A DNA stretch of 64,000 bases from Macrostomum hystrix (lineage: Eukaryota; Animalia; Platyhelminthes): contig CATNEN010000030.1 in the NCBI GenBank assembly GCA_950097015.1, forward strand, positions 2,914,001-2,978,000, written 5' to 3'. Of this stretch, positions 61,796-64,000 are shown piece after piece; the first letter of the stretch is position 1; every line of letters begins with the position of its first letter. Below the pieces are notes generated by a model that saw only the letters and a program-made list of their open reading frames with translations, had not been told where the DNA came from and made no database searches. A program made the translations under genes and the position numbers.

Positions 61796-63860
61796 CAAAG
61801 CAATGTTAGTTGTCCTTGTCACTAGAGTCTTCGACAAGAATCGCTGAATATCTCGACGATGCTGACGTCGGACGGCTTTGAAAGTTGGTTCATCGTAAAG
61901 GGCGGATAGTTTTGATTCGAACGGTGGACTTTCAGGAAAGTCGGTCATTCGGTTTGGTAGCTATCGTGAAGTAGGCAGCGGGTATTTGAACTACACCTGT
62001 GGTCTTTACCCAGGGGGGATAGCGTGCCCTTTCTACTGTTCACTCTTTTTCTTTGAAAGAGATTTTCAAAGCTTCTGCTTCATAGCAAAGTCGGGTTAAT
62101 TCCAGTCCACGTATTTGTTTTATTATAAATTGTATTAAATCACAGTTCAGTAGTTGCCTAATCTAAATTGTTTTAATTATATTCTCGTACTTATACTTAT
62201 ACTCTCGTTCAACATACAAAGGCTGTGCAATCCAGTGCTCACTGTATGATCAGTGCTCATCGCTTCACTGAGTCGATGCAAAATCACTGCTTCACTTCTT
62301 TAGCCTTCTCAATGAGGATTGCAATTTCCAGACTCCCTATCAATCCCGGCAAATACAAATCCCAGGAAATTCTTAAGAATGAGATTCTTGAGAATAATTA
62401 GGACTAGGCCCAATGGTCAGCGTGGGAATGGAAAGCTAGGCCAAGCGATACTAATTTGACTTGCTTGACAAGTTTGACCATTAAAGAATACGAACTAAGC
62501 AGTTAAATGTGTGCCGAATTCAGGGAGGAGTTTTTTCATTAGGAAATAACTATTGTTATTATGTTGCATACGTTTGTACAATGTATGTACAAGGTGCAAT
62601 TAATGTTCATTTTTCATTGAGAATGTCTGGACTATTCCTGGGATTATGGGATTATTCCTGAGATTCCTGGGTTTTTTTACTTTTCCCGGGAAATTTCATC
62701 AAATTCCGTGAATCCGGGATTGCAAATGTCTACATCTCAACACTGTGCAGTGAACTGTAAAACTCAAAGTTAGAGATTGCTTCTCCAGTTTTCCGAGTGA
62801 TGCGGCTGAGATTGAATTCTGGAATGCCGTGCGTGGGTGGAACGCCTCGACCAATGGCGCTGCTCCTAGGCGCCAAACTCTCTTAGTATCTGAGCCTCCG
62901 CCTTTGCTATATCTGCTTCTAAGCCTATAGGATTTTCTTGTGACACCCACACGCTGGATCTTGTAATATTGTCTTCAAGTCTGTTTGCGACTTGTTCTAT
63001 CTATAAGAAAATACTTGCTTTAGGAGAGAAAGTGAGTATCTTAAATGCATCTTGATCTGGAATTACGTTTTTCGTTTCTATAACGACGGAGCAGATTTTA
63101 CGAGTATCCCAGAGTCTTGGGGTGAGTGGCAGAGCGGTTCACGCGCTGGCCTCTCGCACCAAGGTCCCTGAGCTCGATTCCGCGGAGAGGCCACATTAAA
63201 TTGGGGCGCAGCCGCGGAGAGAAGGCTTGGGGGCTTGTCGTGCAATTTACGCCCTTGAGGGCCAACCTCCAAGGCACATTGAGAGTGTACACTGCCTGAC
63301 GATGAGAAAGTCAGGCCAGATGTGCACCCTGTTTGAGTGTGTGCCTGTGTACAGTAGCTGTGGGCAGAATTGCCTCCTCGCTGGCTGCAAGCCTAGTGTC
63401 ACCAAATGATGTGCCATTGCCTGCAGCCCTACTGCAATTAGTATTGTTATTATCATAGAGTATTTGTTTCTAGTTCTAAGCTCTAACCCAAAGGCAGGTT
63501 TAGAGTTCGCTTCACTGCCTACGGGGAAAAGATTGTGTCCTTGAGTCATTAAGTCATTTAAAACTCTTCATCGCTTTAGTTTGCCCAGCTGTAAACTTTG
63601 CTTGGGTCGTGCTTTTTTAAAGAGAATTAAGCTATGCGTTTTTTTCCTAAAAGTTTTGATGCAAACACTTTTAAGTGTATTAGAATTCGAACTCAAGAGT
63701 ATTATAGTCCACTTTATTTTTAAGAGCACGGCTGTCATATTGATTTGAGAAATCGATCAATTTCAGTAATCCGATCAACTGTTAGTTAGTGAGGCGCGGC
63801 AGGCCTCCGACAAATCCGACCGCATTGTGCTCAAATAGGGCCTAATTGAGTAGGCCAGAG

Positions 63861-64000
63861 ATGCCAGACGCCGAGCTGTACCAGGACTGCTTGTCGGGCG
63901 CGCCAAGCTCCTGCCTGACCGAATCGGTCAGCAGCAGCAGCCGCAGCAGCTCCAATGACAAATGGATTGAGCGGAATATCTGCAAACTCGAGTGCGTCCA
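63861..64000 (+). CDS. Possible first coding exon of an unidentified gene ([46 protein letters not shown]...), running off the window edge
   Basis: GC3-rich codons like the other host exons, an AG just upstream of the ATG, open to position 64000; no family recognised. Confidence 0.45.
   Translation, partial: MPDAELYQDCLSGAPSSCLTESVSSSSRSSSNDKWIERNICKLECV

Overview
Eukaryotic (invertebrate metazoan) genomic DNA. The GC3-rich exons, CAG/polyQ tracts, NPF-type neuropeptide gene and minisatellite-stuffed introns are consistent with a free-living flatworm such as Macrostomum; that is an inference, not proven. I reconstructed splice structures by hand and checked phases. Genes found: the last exon of pyruvate kinase (+); a 5-exon Schnurri/HIVEP zinc-finger gene (-, about 1637 aa); a 6-exon front-end fatty-acid desaturase (-) with three reading-frame lesions (probable pseudogene); a 2-exon neuropeptide F/Y precursor (+) with a GC-AG intron; an apolipoprotein L-family gene (-, 5' exon not found); a complete 5-exon cullin-2 (+, 743 aa); and a possible first exon at the right edge. 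Roughly 25 kb (about 40%) is tandem repeat, in about 20 distinct arrays with units of about 10-59 bp; most long ORFs in the supplied track are artefacts of these arrays. Mobile DNA: tRNA-derived CORE-SINEs (two families), Tc1 (DD34E), mariner (DD34D), BEL/Pao and possible Merlin remnants, and a 49-bp hAT-like hairpin insertion with an 8-bp target duplication. Best leads: Schnurri apparently lacking the middle finger of its C-terminal triplet, a 36-residue RQRFamide NPF, the desaturase pseudogene, the CORE-SINEs and the mini-hAT. I found no evidence for a wholly new multi-gene system.
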